Assembly: GCA_000165345.1 (NCBI GenBank)
Contig: CM000436.1
Coordinates: 896,001 to 960,000 of the forward strand
DNA: 64,000 nt
Direction of reading: 5' to 3'
Numbering within the stretch: position 1 is the first letter of the stretch; the number at the start of each line of letters is the position of its first letter. This document shows positions 1 to 12,383 of the stretch, in pieces. The notes beneath the pieces are model-generated. The model was given only the letters and a program-made list of their open reading frames with translations. It was not told the origin of the DNA and searched no databases. The position numbers and the translations under genes are program-made.

Positions 1-334
1 AAATGAGAGGATAATAGAAAAGAGCGTCCTTAGTAAATGCTTGAGCTCCAGATGTTTGAATAGAAAAGGATCCTGGAGCATCCTCTTTGAGAACAAGATG
101 AATAACTGAAGAAGGATCGCGTGTTGAATCTTCTGTACCGAAAATTTTATTCTTCAATTCCAAATCAGATGGTTTCAAATTCGGGGTAAGATATACGCCG
201 GGAGCGTCAGGCTCAATACTAGGAGCTGGTTGAATTTTAGATAGTCTGACTTGTCTAGGTGAAACATAAGTGTTTGCACATACGCCAACCAAGATGGCCA
301 GGAGTGCAAGAATAATCAAAGTTTTCTTGAACAT
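1..334 (-). CDS. Partial gene, 5' part only, for a secreted protein. ATG at 334..332; the ORF runs off the window start.
   Basis: The minus-strand ATG is followed by a signal-peptide-like MFKKTLIILALLAILVGVCA. The frame stays open to position 1 and its GC content is codon-like compared with the flanking >80% AT DNA. It is absent from the ORF track only because there is no in-window stop. Confidence 0.4.
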   Translation of the reverse strand, partial: MFKKTLIILALLAILVGVCANTYVSPRQVRLSKIQPAPSIEPDAPGVYLTPNLKPSDLELKNKIFGTEDSTRDPSSVIHLVLKEDAPGSFSIQTSGAQAFTKDALFYYPLI

Positions 335-1954
335 GTTGCAGAAAACTTTCCGGTAATTGTCTTAAAATATCCAATTACAACTTTTACAGTTGAGTTAACC
401 TTTATAAAAATATAAAAATAAATTAACTCGTCCTTAAATATTAAGTGAAGAAAATAGTTCGTCTGTGATATGCAGTGTTAATAAATATTCTATCCCTTCT
501 TTTTTTTTATTAATAGATATATACGTATCCTCTAATTAGAACTATTAGTATCGTGCTACCCGAACTTTTACCCTTTGATACATAGGTATAAGTCTACCTT
601 CATTTTGTTAATTGTATAATTATTTGTAAATAGTTATATTAATATTATGTTTTTTATACGTATAATTAACTAAGATCGGTACTCTACCACTAACTTATAT
701 TATTATATTTTATACTCAGTTTACGCTGTTCTGTCTATAATTGTATTTAGATAGACACGCCTACCCAACCATTAATTGTGCCGCTAGTATCGAAAAATAA
801 TTTATGCAAACGATTATTAATATGAAAAATTGCAAAGGCCCGCCAGCTTTGCAATTAAACTAAATTGTGTATTTTGACCACTAGCATTGTATCATAATTG
901 TTCGATGACTGCTGTATAATTATATTACGATTAGACGCTATAATTTTAATTCTGGCCCTTGTAAATTGTCGAATTATGAAAAGCAGGTCTCTCCCAACTT
1001 CTTTTAAACTTAAGGTAGCTGGCTATTAGCATTTTCTTGCAAGATTTTACTTGAAAATTACTTTTACTTTAGATTACTTGAGTTTATACCTTTCATTACT
1101 AAATCTATAGCAATTAGTTTTACAATTTAGTATGATGAACTAATTAACATTTTTTTTCCTCAAACATAATTGGAGCTTCAGCATAGATAATAGTATAAAC
1201 ATTGTGTAACTAAAGAATCATTAGTTGTGAGCGTGCAGGACCTAATTCATTATCAATTATATGAATCGCCGCATATAGTCAAAAAATGCCAAAAATAAAG
1301 ATTTAAATAATAACATGCTATTTAATTTTCATGAAAAAAAAAATAAACTTGTATCATAATTACTTATTCACAAGTCAAATAGTTGCATTCAGAACCCTTT
1401 TGAATTTTCAAATAACACAAGATTGCGACGAAACAAGTGATAATGCGTTGTTTCAATATAATTGAATATTCTAACCATTGCTAAGTAGCAAAATTTACCT
1501 TTCTTACGAAAATCGCAGAAAATGTCGAAGGCAATATCAAGTAAAAATACATTACGGTGAAATTGAGAAAAAAATGTTATAATAGATAAATAGATTACTT
1601 ACATTCTTTGCAGGATTTCAGATCCTCTAGGAATCGCAAATTCAAGATTAAACAGTGCCACAGTAAATGTGTCTTATAAGTTTATTGAAAACATAAATTT
1701 GAATTGTTCCTGCTAAAACTGGCAAACTCGAAAAAATAAGCTATTTGATTCATATTTTAGATTAATTTTTCACAATTTTAAATTTAAACGAAATTATAAT
1801 TTGAGGTTCGTTCTAGTTTCACTTAATTTATGAATTCCTAAAATAGCTGACGGTAAATTTTCTTACTATAATGAACTGATTTCTATAAAAAAAAAAAAAA
1901 AAAACTGTATATTATTTTCAATTAAAAAAATAAAAAAAATTTTTTCCTACTATG

Positions 1955-3523
1955 TCATTCTCTGACTTTATTCATTATTTCAAAGTAGTTTCTAGTCTTC
2001 TTTGAGAAAAAAACCTTCGTTAACTGGCTTCTAAATTTTTGTCTTAATGTACGATTATTGTTTTTTCCAAATGGTCCAATATCTTGTCCATGGGTGGCTT
2101 TTCTTCTAGTCTTTTTGTATTTTCTAGAATAATATATTTTTGAAAAACCTTCATTGGGCTTTTCCATTATAGAAGGTACTTTAAATGCATCGGTAACAGA
2201 TACAGCCCAAGAATTATCATACTCTGTGTAAAGTTTTCTTTCAGAAATATTTGGAATAAAATGAGGATAATGAGTGTGCAATACTCTTTGAGGATAAAGT
2301 GAATCCGTCCTTTCCAATTTAATGTAAGGTTTATCGTTATTTTCATAAATAAATCCAGATGAAATCACCTCTTGACAAAAGTATGTAAGTAATTCATACG
2401 ATTTTATATTTGTTTTTGAAAACGCAGCAATCTGCTGTACGCACCTTTTCTTATATCTCGATATTTTCATTGAAAGCCACATTGGTATCATAACCGAAAA
2501 AAATTTTGCAACAGAAATCTCAGATACGAATTGCAGTTTGGCAGTACTAGAAAGAGCATAATACCCCAAAGATGAAAGCATCGATCTAATTACAAGGAAA
2601 TTTCTTTCTGCAGAAATACTTGATAGAAACTTGTTATTTTGAATATTCGAAATGGTTGTTAATATTGCAAACCTTGCAAAAGCTTTAGGGTCTAAAAAAC
2701 TATTTAATGGCTTAATTAATTTGTATGATCTATCTATTCTTTCTTGAAGTTCAGTTCTTAACTTTGAAAAAGGCCCATTACTGAATGGCCTTGAAATGAT
2801 ACAAGCTTCAACTTTCTCACATATTTCATCATAATATAGAGATATTTGGTTATCTGCAACAATAGATACTGAATTCTTGCAGTTATAAATGGAAAATTTT
2901 TCATTCTTGTATCCCAATGACATTATTGATGCGCCTATAATATCTTGTAAACTATAGCTCATGAGCATACCTGTAAAGAATGGAGCCATGCCCATATGCA
3001 TACAGTGAATGATTTCTAAATACCAAATAGATGGAATCATACATATTTCTATCGCAAAGCTCATTAATCGCTGGTAGGGCTCAAATACAAGCTCGGGTAA
3101 TGTATACTTGAAATGTTTGACTCTTGGGTACTGAATATTCGAGTTGTAATCTGAATTACTCATATTTATTGAAATTCCTCTTCTAATAAAGCTTGAAACA
3201 GATTTTCTTTCTAATGGAATGTGCGTTGGAAAGTTGCCTGAGGGCTTTGAGGAACTAATTATATCCGGATTTTCGTCACAAACATCCCTATTTAAAGATA
3301 TTGTAGCTTCCTTAAAATTTGTGTAATCATTCACGAAAGAGATTCTAGAATCTAAAAGTAAATCTCCGGAAGAACTATCATGAGCAGAATTTACGCCCAA
3401 AATTAATTTTTGCCATCCATTGTCTGCCTCTATCCCAGGCTCTAATTTATAGCCGGTCAACTTGGATCCTTTGACCAAATTAATAGTTATAAGGGTTAAA
3501 ATAAAAATATTAAGGTAAAGCAT
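1955..3523 (-). CDS. Secreted WYLE-motif family protein, paralog 1 (522 aa), single exon.
   Basis: Genuine ATG start. The N-terminal signal peptide is MLYLNIFILTLITINLVKG. The conserved core is LPELVFEPYQRLMSFAIEICMIPSIWYLEIIHCMHMGMAPFF...SYSLQDIIGA, shared with the ORFs at 4268, 9790, 12384 and 15756. The C-terminal tail is K/R-rich. Confidence 0.8.
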   Translation of the reverse strand: MLYLNIFILTLITINLVKGSKLTGYKLEPGIEADNGWQKLILGVNSAHDSSSGDLLLDSRISFVNDYTNFKEATISLNRDVCDENPDIISSSKPSGNFPTHIPLERKSVSSFIRRGISINMSNSDYNSNIQYPRVKHFKYTLPELVFEPYQRLMSFAIEICMIPSIWYLEIIHCMHMGMAPFFTGMLMSYSLQDIIGASIMSLGYKNEKFSIYNCKNSVSIVADNQISLYYDEICEKVEACIISRPFSNGPFSKLRTELQERIDRSYKLIKPLNSFLDPKAFARFAILTTISNIQNNKFLSSISAERNFLVIRSMLSSLGYYALSSTAKLQFVSEISVAKFFSVMIPMWLSMKISRYKKRCVQQIAAFSKTNIKSYELLTYFCQEVISSGFIYENNDKPYIKLERTDSLYPQRVLHTHYPHFIPNISERKLYTEYDNSWAVSVTDAFKVPSIMEKPNEGFSKIYYSRKYKKTRRKATHGQDIGPFGKNNNRTLRQKFRSQLTKVFFSKKTRNYFEIMNKVRE

Positions 3524-4267
3524 ATTATATTAGGCTTCATTATTGGTACATCGACGCAATAATTAGCAAAACTCAAAGTAGATAAAATGAAAGGTCTCTT
3601 TAAAGAAAAAAATCTGAACTAGCGCCAAAATAGGTATTTTAAAATGCAATAAATCAAAGTTTACCCAAAAAGAAAACAAACAAATAAATTAACTATATTA
3701 CTTTATTGAAGTGATAAATTACATTGGGTACTTCATTGTCCCTACTACAAGTGCCCCTCAGCATTCTGATTAGCAAACCATTCGCTAAATGTACGAATAG
3801 TTTTTCAAACAGGAAACAAATGTATTTCGCTCTGATCGCTAACTTTTAATTTCGAACGTCCATTGTCTGTACTTAATATATACATAATTTTTTAATGAAT
3901 TCTTACCATCGGCGCATACAAATTTAACACACTATGCAGCAAAAATGCCTGAAATAACTCTTTTCCTGCATTAACTCGTAACAGTTCAAGAGAAAAAATC
4001 AGTAATTAAAGCAACATGCAGACAAAACTTGTTATATCTCCGAGAATAATACATATTATTGAATATAATTATACTACGATTCAATAAATATTCTGGAAGC
4101 TGTTATAGTTACAAAGTATTATTTAATAATTATTAATATTGAATCAGGAAATTAGCTGGAATTTAATTTCAGGAGATAATTAAGCCAAAAATACATTATT
4201 TAGTAATATAATTTTCTAATTGCTGAGAAGTTCAAAGTTCGAAAAGATAAATAATACTGCAAATATT

Positions 4268-5968
4268 CTACTTACTTCTTCTCTTTGTCAATTTATTTGT
4301 AAAACTCTTAAAGCTAATCCTCGTAACTTTTCCTGTTTTTATCTTACGTGAGGAAGCATCCATTGATTTAGGTCCGATCCCACTATTGTAGTGGTCTCTT
4401 CGGAATGTTCTTATTAGTGTTTTTGATTTAAATACCTTTTGTACTCGTCCCGGTCTTACAACTTCAGGTTTACTTACTTCAATTTGTGCATTTATCCAAG
4501 ATTCGTCTTCAGAATATTTCACGTCATTTGTCAAGTCTGGAACGAAAGAACTATATGAAGGATGCAGTACCCTCTGAGGCATAACAGCCATAGAATGTAA
4601 ATTAGGATCAGCATAGGATTCGATTGTAGCATCAACAATAAACCCTGCAGAAAAAATTTCCTTGCAAAATAACTCAAAAATAATTTCCTTGTCAGCTTTG
4701 GCTTCATGAGAAAATTTAGCTAGTTTTTTGACACAGCCAGGGATTGAAAGCAATGATACTTCAAAAAGCATATTCAGAATTGTCTTTGTGAAAAATAATA
4801 AGACCTTCTTTTCTGTATCAAATACCCAACTTTGATTAGTAGATATCGCATAGTATGCCAAACTTGCTAGTGCTATTCTTATTGGGAGGAAATTTCTTTC
4901 AGGATAAATTTTTATATCAACGTTTTTATCTTTTATAAGTGACATTGAAAGTAAGACTGCATACCTATAAAATTCCATCGGCTTTAAAAACCCCAGTTTT
5001 TCTGGAATGTGGCTATACGTATTTGCTATTCGAGTTTCGAATTCTCTCTTTTGTTTAGAAAAATATCGTTCAAAATGCTTTGATTCAAGGCATGCATGCA
5101 CAGCAATACAAATTTCCCTATAATGCGGAGAAATATAATCATCAACTACTAGTGATACTGCATAAAAACAGTTTTCCATTATAAAACGTTCGTCTTTATA
5201 GCCGACACTCATCAATGCTGCGCCAATAATATCTTTTAATGAATAGCTAAAAACCATTCCAAGAAACTTTGGTGCCATGCCAAGGTACATACAATGAATT
5301 AATTCTAAATACCAAGTTGAAGGAACCATGCATTGTTCAATAGCAAAAGTCATTACTCTTTGGTATGGCTCTGAAGGTAATAAAACCAAGCTTCTTCTGA
5401 AGTGCTTTACTCTAGGGAAGTTAGACAACTTAATAGTGTCGGATAAATTCAAATCAAAGGTTCTCTTAATGTAATCCGTAATTCGATTGGGCTTAGCCTC
5501 TGTTGGAAGGTGAACAGGAACAACTGATGTAGGGATAAAAAATTTATCAGAAAGAATTTCATGTTCATAATGGTCACTACAGAAAATACGTTGAGGGCTA
5601 TCACATCCAAAGTATTCATTCGACTTAGTAGACAATGCACTCTCCCAATTTTCTCCTGGTTTTACATTATCAATAATCAGAGTAATAAATCTATTCCAAG
5701 TCGATTTCCGGCCATTTAACAATTTATCATCGTCAATATAACTCTTATCTTTATCTATTTTTGGAGTAGAATCTGCGCTAATTGGTTTGGAGTCCGTTAC
5801 CTTTGAAGTTTTACCTTGTTCATCAATTTTAACCGCAAATTGTCGTGTTGAATCGGCTATTGAAGCGGACTCAATATAATTACAACAACTTATTGTGACA
5901 ATTACTAAAGGCAATATTAAGAATAATATATCTCTCATTTTTTTCTCTTTTCCAATATCTTGTGTCAT
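4268..5968 (-). CDS. Secreted WYLE-motif family protein, paralog 2 (about 566 aa; an alternative ATG at 5938 gives MRDILFLILPLVIV...).
   Basis: The track ORF begins at a TTG (5980). The first ATG is at 5968 (MTQDIG...). The hydrophobic signal peptide is LFLILPLVIVTISCC. The core is EPYQRVMTFAIEQCMVPSTWYLELIHCMYLGMAPKF..SYSLKDIIGA. The C-terminal tail is basic. Confidence 0.75.
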   Translation of the reverse strand: MTQDIGKEKKMRDILFLILPLVIVTISCCNYIESASIADSTRQFAVKIDEQGKTSKVTDSKPISADSTPKIDKDKSYIDDDKLLNGRKSTWNRFITLIIDNVKPGENWESALSTKSNEYFGCDSPQRIFCSDHYEHEILSDKFFIPTSVVPVHLPTEAKPNRITDYIKRTFDLNLSDTIKLSNFPRVKHFRRSLVLLPSEPYQRVMTFAIEQCMVPSTWYLELIHCMYLGMAPKFLGMVFSYSLKDIIGAALMSVGYKDERFIMENCFYAVSLVVDDYISPHYREICIAVHACLESKHFERYFSKQKREFETRIANTYSHIPEKLGFLKPMEFYRYAVLLSMSLIKDKNVDIKIYPERNFLPIRIALASLAYYAISTNQSWVFDTEKKVLLFFTKTILNMLFEVSLLSIPGCVKKLAKFSHEAKADKEIIFELFCKEIFSAGFIVDATIESYADPNLHSMAVMPQRVLHPSYSSFVPDLTNDVKYSEDESWINAQIEVSKPEVVRPGRVQKVFKSKTLIRTFRRDHYNSGIGPKSMDASSRKIKTGKVTRISFKSFTNKLTKRRSK

Positions 5969-7650
5969 AGTTAATATCAAGGGCGGGAATTAATTTAATT
6001 TGATAAAATTATTAAAAGTTTCGATAAAAACCTTTTTAAGCAAATAAATTGCATTGTTAGACATGGCCAATTATTAGAACTAATTTCTTTTACTTTTGTT
6101 AAAAGCCAACGTGATTCTTCCGGTAGGCTTCTTAAGACTTTCCCATGGGTATAAAATACTTCGAATATATTTTCAATTCAATAATGATTCATTTTTTAGT
6201 CTGTTTTAAAGTTATTTAAAACATTTTCCTTTTCGCTTTGTCTATTTCTCCCCTAGATTCTATGTTACTGGAAAGTTTACCAGTCAGTTTTATATATATT
6301 AACTCCACAGAGCTGAGTTCTAAAAATTATAATAGGAAAGTACAGAACTCTTGGTGGAATTGTTACTCTTTTAAAACCACCCAGTTGATTGTTAGCTTGG
6401 AAATTATCTATAAAACCAATGAAGAAATTCATTTGCAAAAAAAAACTTGTGCGCAAGAATGTTAAATTTTGCTCAACTTTATGGAACGGTAGAATTTAAA
6501 TGAGCAATTAATATCAAATAGATATAACTATTGCATAATGCTTTCAAAAAATAACTTCAGTATTTCAATAATTTGCAAGCATGTTTCTAGGTCATTAATC
6601 TACCAATATGGTATATTCCTAAAGAAGATAATATAATTCCAATTCTGAGGAATTTTTTGATACAAATATCGGAAATATTAATATTTAACTGGATACGGAG
6701 TGCACTAACAAGTGTCGTGCAAATTGAACTGGGCTGAAATCATCGTTCTTGTATTTTAACAGTGAATAATACCTTTTTATTATTCAAACTATTTCCGAAT
6801 GTGAATGTAGAAAATGTACTTTCTGAAAGTGACTTAAACTTTAAGTATGTTCCCATTGCTTTTTCGAATTAGAATTTGGTTTTATAAATTGTATTATTTA
6901 CAAAGAATGAAATAAAATGAAAACTTCGTATTGGAAAAACGCCATTCTTATATACACAGTGTATTGATTTCATCGACAAATAATATATCATATTTACCTA
7001 ATTAGAAAAGCTCATAATTCGTTTGTATTACCCTGCAGAAATACTGATATTTCCCAAATATTTATACTGAAAAGGCTAAATAAACGTCTTCTCCAACTTC
7101 AAAATTCTCATTTTTTCAGTTTATGAGATTATTGTATAATTATATTTTCTTTTGAAATATGTACTAAGTCCATTTAATAAGAAGAAGCTAAACAAATAGT
7201 ATTTGTTTTTACTCTGATATTTAATTAATCCCTCTAAGTCCTTATCTTAAAGCGTTAAACTCGATAAATATTTGATTATTTTTTTGTGTTAGACTTTAAG
7301 TTGAATTGCTGAAATTTGTGGCTTATTTCTATATTGAACGAGCTTGAATAGGCCAGACGTAAAATTGAAGAAAATAGTATTAATGCTTTTTTCAAACTCG
7401 TCGGCGCTATTTAAAAATTCGGAATAAAAATAGAAATAATAATCGAATAAATAAATGTATACCCCAAAATTTTAATAAAGTATATATAACTCCAAATAAT
7501 ATCTATAAATTTTAATAATAAATTTATCCAAGCTAGAATATTGTTTTAGTTATTTCTTACCAAAAAAAAAAAATAAATCATAAAGAAATCAAAAAAATAT
7601 GATAAAGCTTTAACATATTCAGCTGTTAGCTATGATTTTATTTAACCTTA

Positions 7651-8900
7651 TTATATAAAGTTATGATTAGATATAACTATTTTTTTGTTATCATTTACTA
7701 TTGACCTTTTTTTCAAACTTCTAAAACATAACTTTGTTCTCTTTTTTTTGGAAAGATTTTTAATTAATTCGACTGTATCAGAACTGTCTACTGAGATCTG
7801 AGTTTGATTAAAGCTATTTGTTATCGTGGAATTCGCACTATTAAATGCATCATCTTTGTCATATTTTTGACCAGATTCTAAGTAATCTTTAGAAACGTTT
7901 TTGAAATTCATCCATGAATGATTGTATGTCAAAAGTGGAAGTTCTTAGGAAACTTCAGAAATTGTAGATACATGTGAACTTAACAAAATTCTTTTTGAAT
8001 GGATTGATTCTATTAATATTGAATTAATTTCCCCATTATTTTGAAATGACTCATAAATAAAACCAACAAAAAATTTCATTATCTCCCTTGAACATTGCCG
8101 AATAACTTCATCTATCTTCTCAAATAAAAGATTTGAGATTAGTATTGTAAAGAAACTTACTAAAACACTCTCAGAAAAGAAACTCATTTCAATTTTAACA
8201 AGCTCATAATATCCAACTGCTGCTGCCATAACTCTAATAAGAAGTTTCTTTCAGGAAAATTTTTGTTTAATGTCATCTTTTTAAAAAAAAATTGAATATA
8301 AAGTTGAACACCTTGCAAATACTTTAAAGTTGAGAGCACCTTCAAGAGGAGGAATAGCATGATATACTTTTTGAATCCTACGATTGAATTCGCTTTTAAA
8401 CCTGATAAAATTAATTTCATAGAATGATCTGGATTTGAGACAAAACCCTGCTTCTCCATAAATTTCAATAAAGTGAACCAAAATTTTATCATCTAGAAAA
8501 AGAGGTAAATAATTGACAATTTTCAAGGGAAAATTGTTTATTTTTATATTCCATCGAGAAAATTGCAGAATTAGCCAAATCTTGTAGACTGTAATTCATA
8601 AGCATACCATTAAAATAAGGGTCATTGCAAAATACATAAAATTAACCAGTTCTATGTGCCAAATTGAGGGAAGCATGCAAACCTCGATAGCAAATCCCAC
8701 AATTCTTTGATAGGGTTCATGAGTTAATTTAGTTAAACCTCTTTAATAATATTTTATTCTGGGGAAGAAATAATTTTGAATTTAGTCATATGCTATTAGG
8801 CTCTCTGAGTAAATGTTTGCTAAATAATGCCAAGCTTTCTGTTTCAATTGTGATGTGGCAAACCTTTTCAAAATCTTTATGGCTCTCCTTCATGACTTTT
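7651..8900 (-). pseudogene. Decayed WYLE-family paralog with frameshifts and stop codons; the 5' boundary is approximate and may extend to about 9300.
   Basis: Four overlapping minus-strand ORF fragments lie in different frames (7651-7932, 7945-8229, 8184-8492, 8281-8526). Placed in paralog order they align to the C-terminal two thirds of the family: EFNRRIQKVYHAIPPLEGALNFKVFARCSTL; ERNFLLELWQQ; IMKFFVGFIYESFQNNGE; HSWMNFKNVSKDYLE plus a basic tail. Upstream at 8530-8720 the reverse strand still reads ...YQRIVGFAIEVCMLPSIWHIELVNFMYF... but is interrupted by stops. Confidence 0.6.
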
Positions 8901-9789
8901 TTTTGCTGAAAAGATCCCATTAAAAAAATCGAAATGATTTCCTGATTCTAAATATGAAGAAAGAACATCCTTTTTGTAATATTCGCCTCAAGATAATTTG
9001 TTGTAAGAATGTTTAGTCAGTGTTGACTATTACATGTTACTTCTGATTCTTTGGAAACTAATCCAATTAACACCAATAATATTCGTCACTTTTGAAATTA
9101 TCAATATCAATGTTATGGTATTTACTGTTAATTTAGGTCATTTTGAATCATTCATTTTCAAATAGAGCATTGGCGTTAGAAATATTGTCAAGTTTATCAA
9201 GAATATATATAATGAGTATTGTTATAAGCCACACTTTCATAAAATTGTTAGCTTTAAATAAATTACGCCATTAAAATTTCAATTCTTAAAAATCTGTAAT
9301 CTCTAATAAAAATAAAATTTGGGCGTCATGGTTTTTTTTGTTCATCCTATTTTGAGAATAAAGATACCACTCAATATAAATAAGCAAACGATTTAATTAT
9401 GCAGTATCAATTATAGATAGAATTCAGTTTAATAGAAAAAGTGATTATTATAACTCATGCTATCCGCCTTTTGACTGAATCGAAGTCTTAATATTCAGAA
9501 TTGATTAACGCAGTACCGAGTAAAAATAATTATAACATAAGCAGCTTGAGGTATTAAGTTAGAATCATCTAACAAAGAATTCCCCAATTAAACTTAATAA
9601 CACATAGATATTTTAACTTAGCTCAAATAGAGTTTGCGCATAACTTGTTTTGACTCTAATTAAATTCAATAACTTATTATTGAAAAATACATAGGCTAAA
9701 CTGTTCTGTATGAAACTGAAATAATCAGAAACTCAAGAAATAAAATGTAAAATATTGGTCACAGTACAATTCATATTATATGCCAGCAA

Positions 9790-11301
9790 TTACTGATCAG
9801 CTGAACCTAAATGTGAAGTGATTAATCCAGAAATCCTCGTCTTGCGATTAGTAAATATTTTTGTAATTTTCGTAAAGCCGCTTTTCTTTTTGGTATTTGT
9901 TTCGGTAGATCTCGTTTTACTGATACTATTTTTACTTGCTGTTTTGAAATATTTAGTTGTCTTGGGCCTTTTCTTTTTACCAGTTTCGACTCCAATATAT
10001 TCAATGGTTCCTACTGAACTAAAACTTAGCCATGATAAATCTTCTTGAGAGCTTGCTCCATTAATTAAGGAAGGAATTACAGAAGCATAAGCCGGATCTA
10101 AAACTCTAGACGGCAGAATTGCTTTTTTAAATGCTTCAAGAGAATCCCCTTCTTTTTTAACCGTTTCATCAATAAACCCAAAAGATAAAAACTCCTTGCA
10201 GTAAAGCCCAACGATTTCTTGAAAATCTTTGCTTTTTGAACCTAATATCGCAGGAAAGCTAATTAAGCACATCTTCATATAATACTTAAATTGAGAAAAA
10301 AGCATGCTATTTATAAATTTTGTGATTTTGGACATCCTTTCGGAAATAGTACTCTCTTCAACTGGAATGAACTTATTAACTAAGTAAGTCATACTTAATA
10401 CCATAGCTCTAATAATTAAAAAATTTTTTTCTGTAGCGGGATCTGCTAATGAAAAATTTATTGTTTTAGATGATAGTGATAATAACAAAGAGTGTCTTGC
10501 ATAATTTTTATGTTGTTCCACCTTTTCTTGGCCTTCAATATTAGAATAAGCATTATCAATCCTTTGCTGAAATTCTTCTTTTAAACGAAGATATGGGTCG
10601 GAAGAAAATTGATTAGATAACAGGCATTGACTCATACTTTCACAAATCTCTTGAAAGTTTGCATTAATTTGTTCGTCTGTTACAGATGAAACAGATCTAT
10701 AACAATTTTCAATTGTAAAGCTTTCATCTAGGTAACCCATTGTTTTAATAGCTGAACCGACAACATCTTGAAGGCTATAACTCATTAGCATGCCTGAAAA
10801 AAATGGCGCCATCCCAAAATGCATACAATGTATTAATTCCAAATACCAAATAGATGGAATCATACAGATTTCAATAGCAAAAGTCATTATTCGTTGGTAT
10901 GGCTCAAATGGCAATTTTGGAAGATTCTTATTAAAATGTTTACGCCTTGGAAAGTGTGTTTGAGACATATTAATTCGTGATCTAAAAAGACTATCTTCAG
11001 TATAAAACAAAAAATGTGCCGGACTCTTACTCTCTCGCGGAACATGAGTAATAAACTCTGAAGAAGGTGGAGTTTGATCTAAGTATTGACTCGATGAATA
11101 AAAAACTCTGTCACAAGATACTGACTGTTGAGGGTTTTCAAACGAGAAGTAATTTTCTGCACTTGAAGAAACAAAGTCATCCAATGACCCATTCAAAGAA
11201 TGTTGAGAAGACTCTATTACTAGCCGTAATAAACCATTTTCAAATGATTTAACATTTCTTATAAACATAAAGAGTAAAAAAATTAGTTGTCGGCAACGCA
11301 T
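9790..11301 (-). CDS. Secreted WYLE-motif family protein, paralog 3 (503 aa), single exon.
   Basis: ATG at 11301..11299. Signal peptide MRCRQLIFLLFMFIRNVKS. The core is LPFEPYQRIMTFAIEICMIPSIWYLELIHCMHFGMAPFFSGMLMSYSLQDVVGSA. The C-terminal tail is basic K/T-rich. Confidence 0.8.
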   Translation of the reverse strand: MRCRQLIFLLFMFIRNVKSFENGLLRLVIESSQHSLNGSLDDFVSSSAENYFSFENPQQSVSCDRVFYSSSQYLDQTPPSSEFITHVPRESKSPAHFLFYTEDSLFRSRINMSQTHFPRRKHFNKNLPKLPFEPYQRIMTFAIEICMIPSIWYLELIHCMHFGMAPFFSGMLMSYSLQDVVGSAIKTMGYLDESFTIENCYRSVSSVTDEQINANFQEICESMSQCLLSNQFSSDPYLRLKEEFQQRIDNAYSNIEGQEKVEQHKNYARHSLLLSLSSKTINFSLADPATEKNFLIIRAMVLSMTYLVNKFIPVEESTISERMSKITKFINSMLFSQFKYYMKMCLISFPAILGSKSKDFQEIVGLYCKEFLSFGFIDETVKKEGDSLEAFKKAILPSRVLDPAYASVIPSLINGASSQEDLSWLSFSSVGTIEYIGVETGKKKRPKTTKYFKTASKNSISKTRSTETNTKKKSGFTKITKIFTNRKTRISGLITSHLGSADQ

Positions 11302-12274
11302 ATTTATGATTTTGAAATATTTTAGGCGTTTGACCTGGATTTCAGAATTTTTTTGCGCGCGTATTAATACCGTTTTCTTTTTTGAAAATCTAACAGATCT
11401 GTTTTCCTGATATTAAAATTGCCAGAAAAAAAAATCTGATTTTCTACTAAAAGCAATTTTGTTTAAACTATTTAATAATAAATTATTATTTTTGGTTACC
11501 CTATTTTAGAATTTGATTATTATTTTTAATCTATACCCAAATTGGATACAACCAAATAATAAAATTATAAATCTTAATTTATAATGTAATATTTGTTCGT
11601 TATTTTGTTCTGAAATCCTCTTTGAAAATTTTTTTCAAAATAATTGCCAAACACAAAAAATGAATTCCTTGGGAATATGATAGCAATTATTTGTTATTAT
11701 GGTATAGTGATATAGCTATTTCTCAACAAAAATCTTGTTTATACAGATTATTGCACGGGAAAACTTGTAGAGGTTTATTTCTTATGCTGTTCTATGCAAG
11801 CTTACCTAAAACATTAATTATTATTAAAGCCAAATCTATTAATATCACTTTCTGTACAATTATCAGTTTTATGTATAATTTTTGTTAATTTCTGGAACTT
11901 TGCAACTTCATATATGGAACTAATTTAATTTTTTTTTTCCAGTTACTGAAATAAATAAAAACTTTGACAAATACGTTTCAAAGCAAATATAGAAGTTTTA
12001 GTAAATACGGAGTTATGGTTCAAAATTTTACTTCGTGCAATGAAGAATGAGTTTATAATTTTTAGTTAAAAGGAATTTATCTAAAATTAATCTGACTATA
12101 CGTTTAAAAAAAAAGATTAGATATATTGAAAATTTCAAACTAAAATATTTCAACCCGTATAATATTCTTTATTTAAAACTTGTGTAATAATTACAGATAC
12201 AGTTTGCTTTAGTAGAGTTTCCAAAATTTGCTACAAGTATCAGCGAAACATATTATTTCCATTGTGCATGCATA

Positions 12275-12284
12275 GGGCGCCAAT
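12275..12284. promoter_or_regulatory. GGGCGCCAAT box about 100 bp upstream of WYLE paralog 4.
   Basis: A GGCGCC core in AT-rich upstream DNA. Similar boxes sit upstream of paralog 1 (3622..3630, TTTTGGCGC on the minus strand), paralog 3 (11352..11361, TTTGCGCGCG) and paralog 5 (17686..17718, CCGCCAAT and CGGCGGGC). Confidence 0.35.
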
Positions 12285-12383
12285 TTAGGAATTGATTTAT
12301 TTATCAATTATTGCAATGAAATTAATAAGAGATGAAATTATGTCATCATTGCTAACTTTTAAACTGATCCTATACTTACTACT

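Noticed and set aside
830-854. Hairpin-capable inverted repeat TTGCAAAG-GCCCGCCAG-CTTTGCAA, about 500 bp upstream of the partial first gene.
   Set aside because: A single 8-bp-arm repeat in AT-rich DNA. It could be another GC-box context, but it is too far from any start and unique in form, so I left it as a note and not a feature.
5449-5640. Numerous 60-140-aa ORFs lying inside or antisense to large genes (for example 5449-5640, 9818-10048, 13445-13705, 14803-15000, 18425-18688, 19019-19447, 20906-21151, 24598-24795, 25000-25230, 37398-37817, 54167-54777).
   Set aside because: They are alternate-frame or antisense read-throughs of AT-rich, low-complexity coding DNA, with no independent start or promoter signals and no homology.
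6238-6465. 75-aa ORF in the 1.7-kb spacer between WYLE paralog 2 and the pseudogene; also 11691-11888.
   Set aside because: Composition is like intergenic DNA, there is no signal peptide or family core, and no upstream GC box. It is probably a chance ORF.
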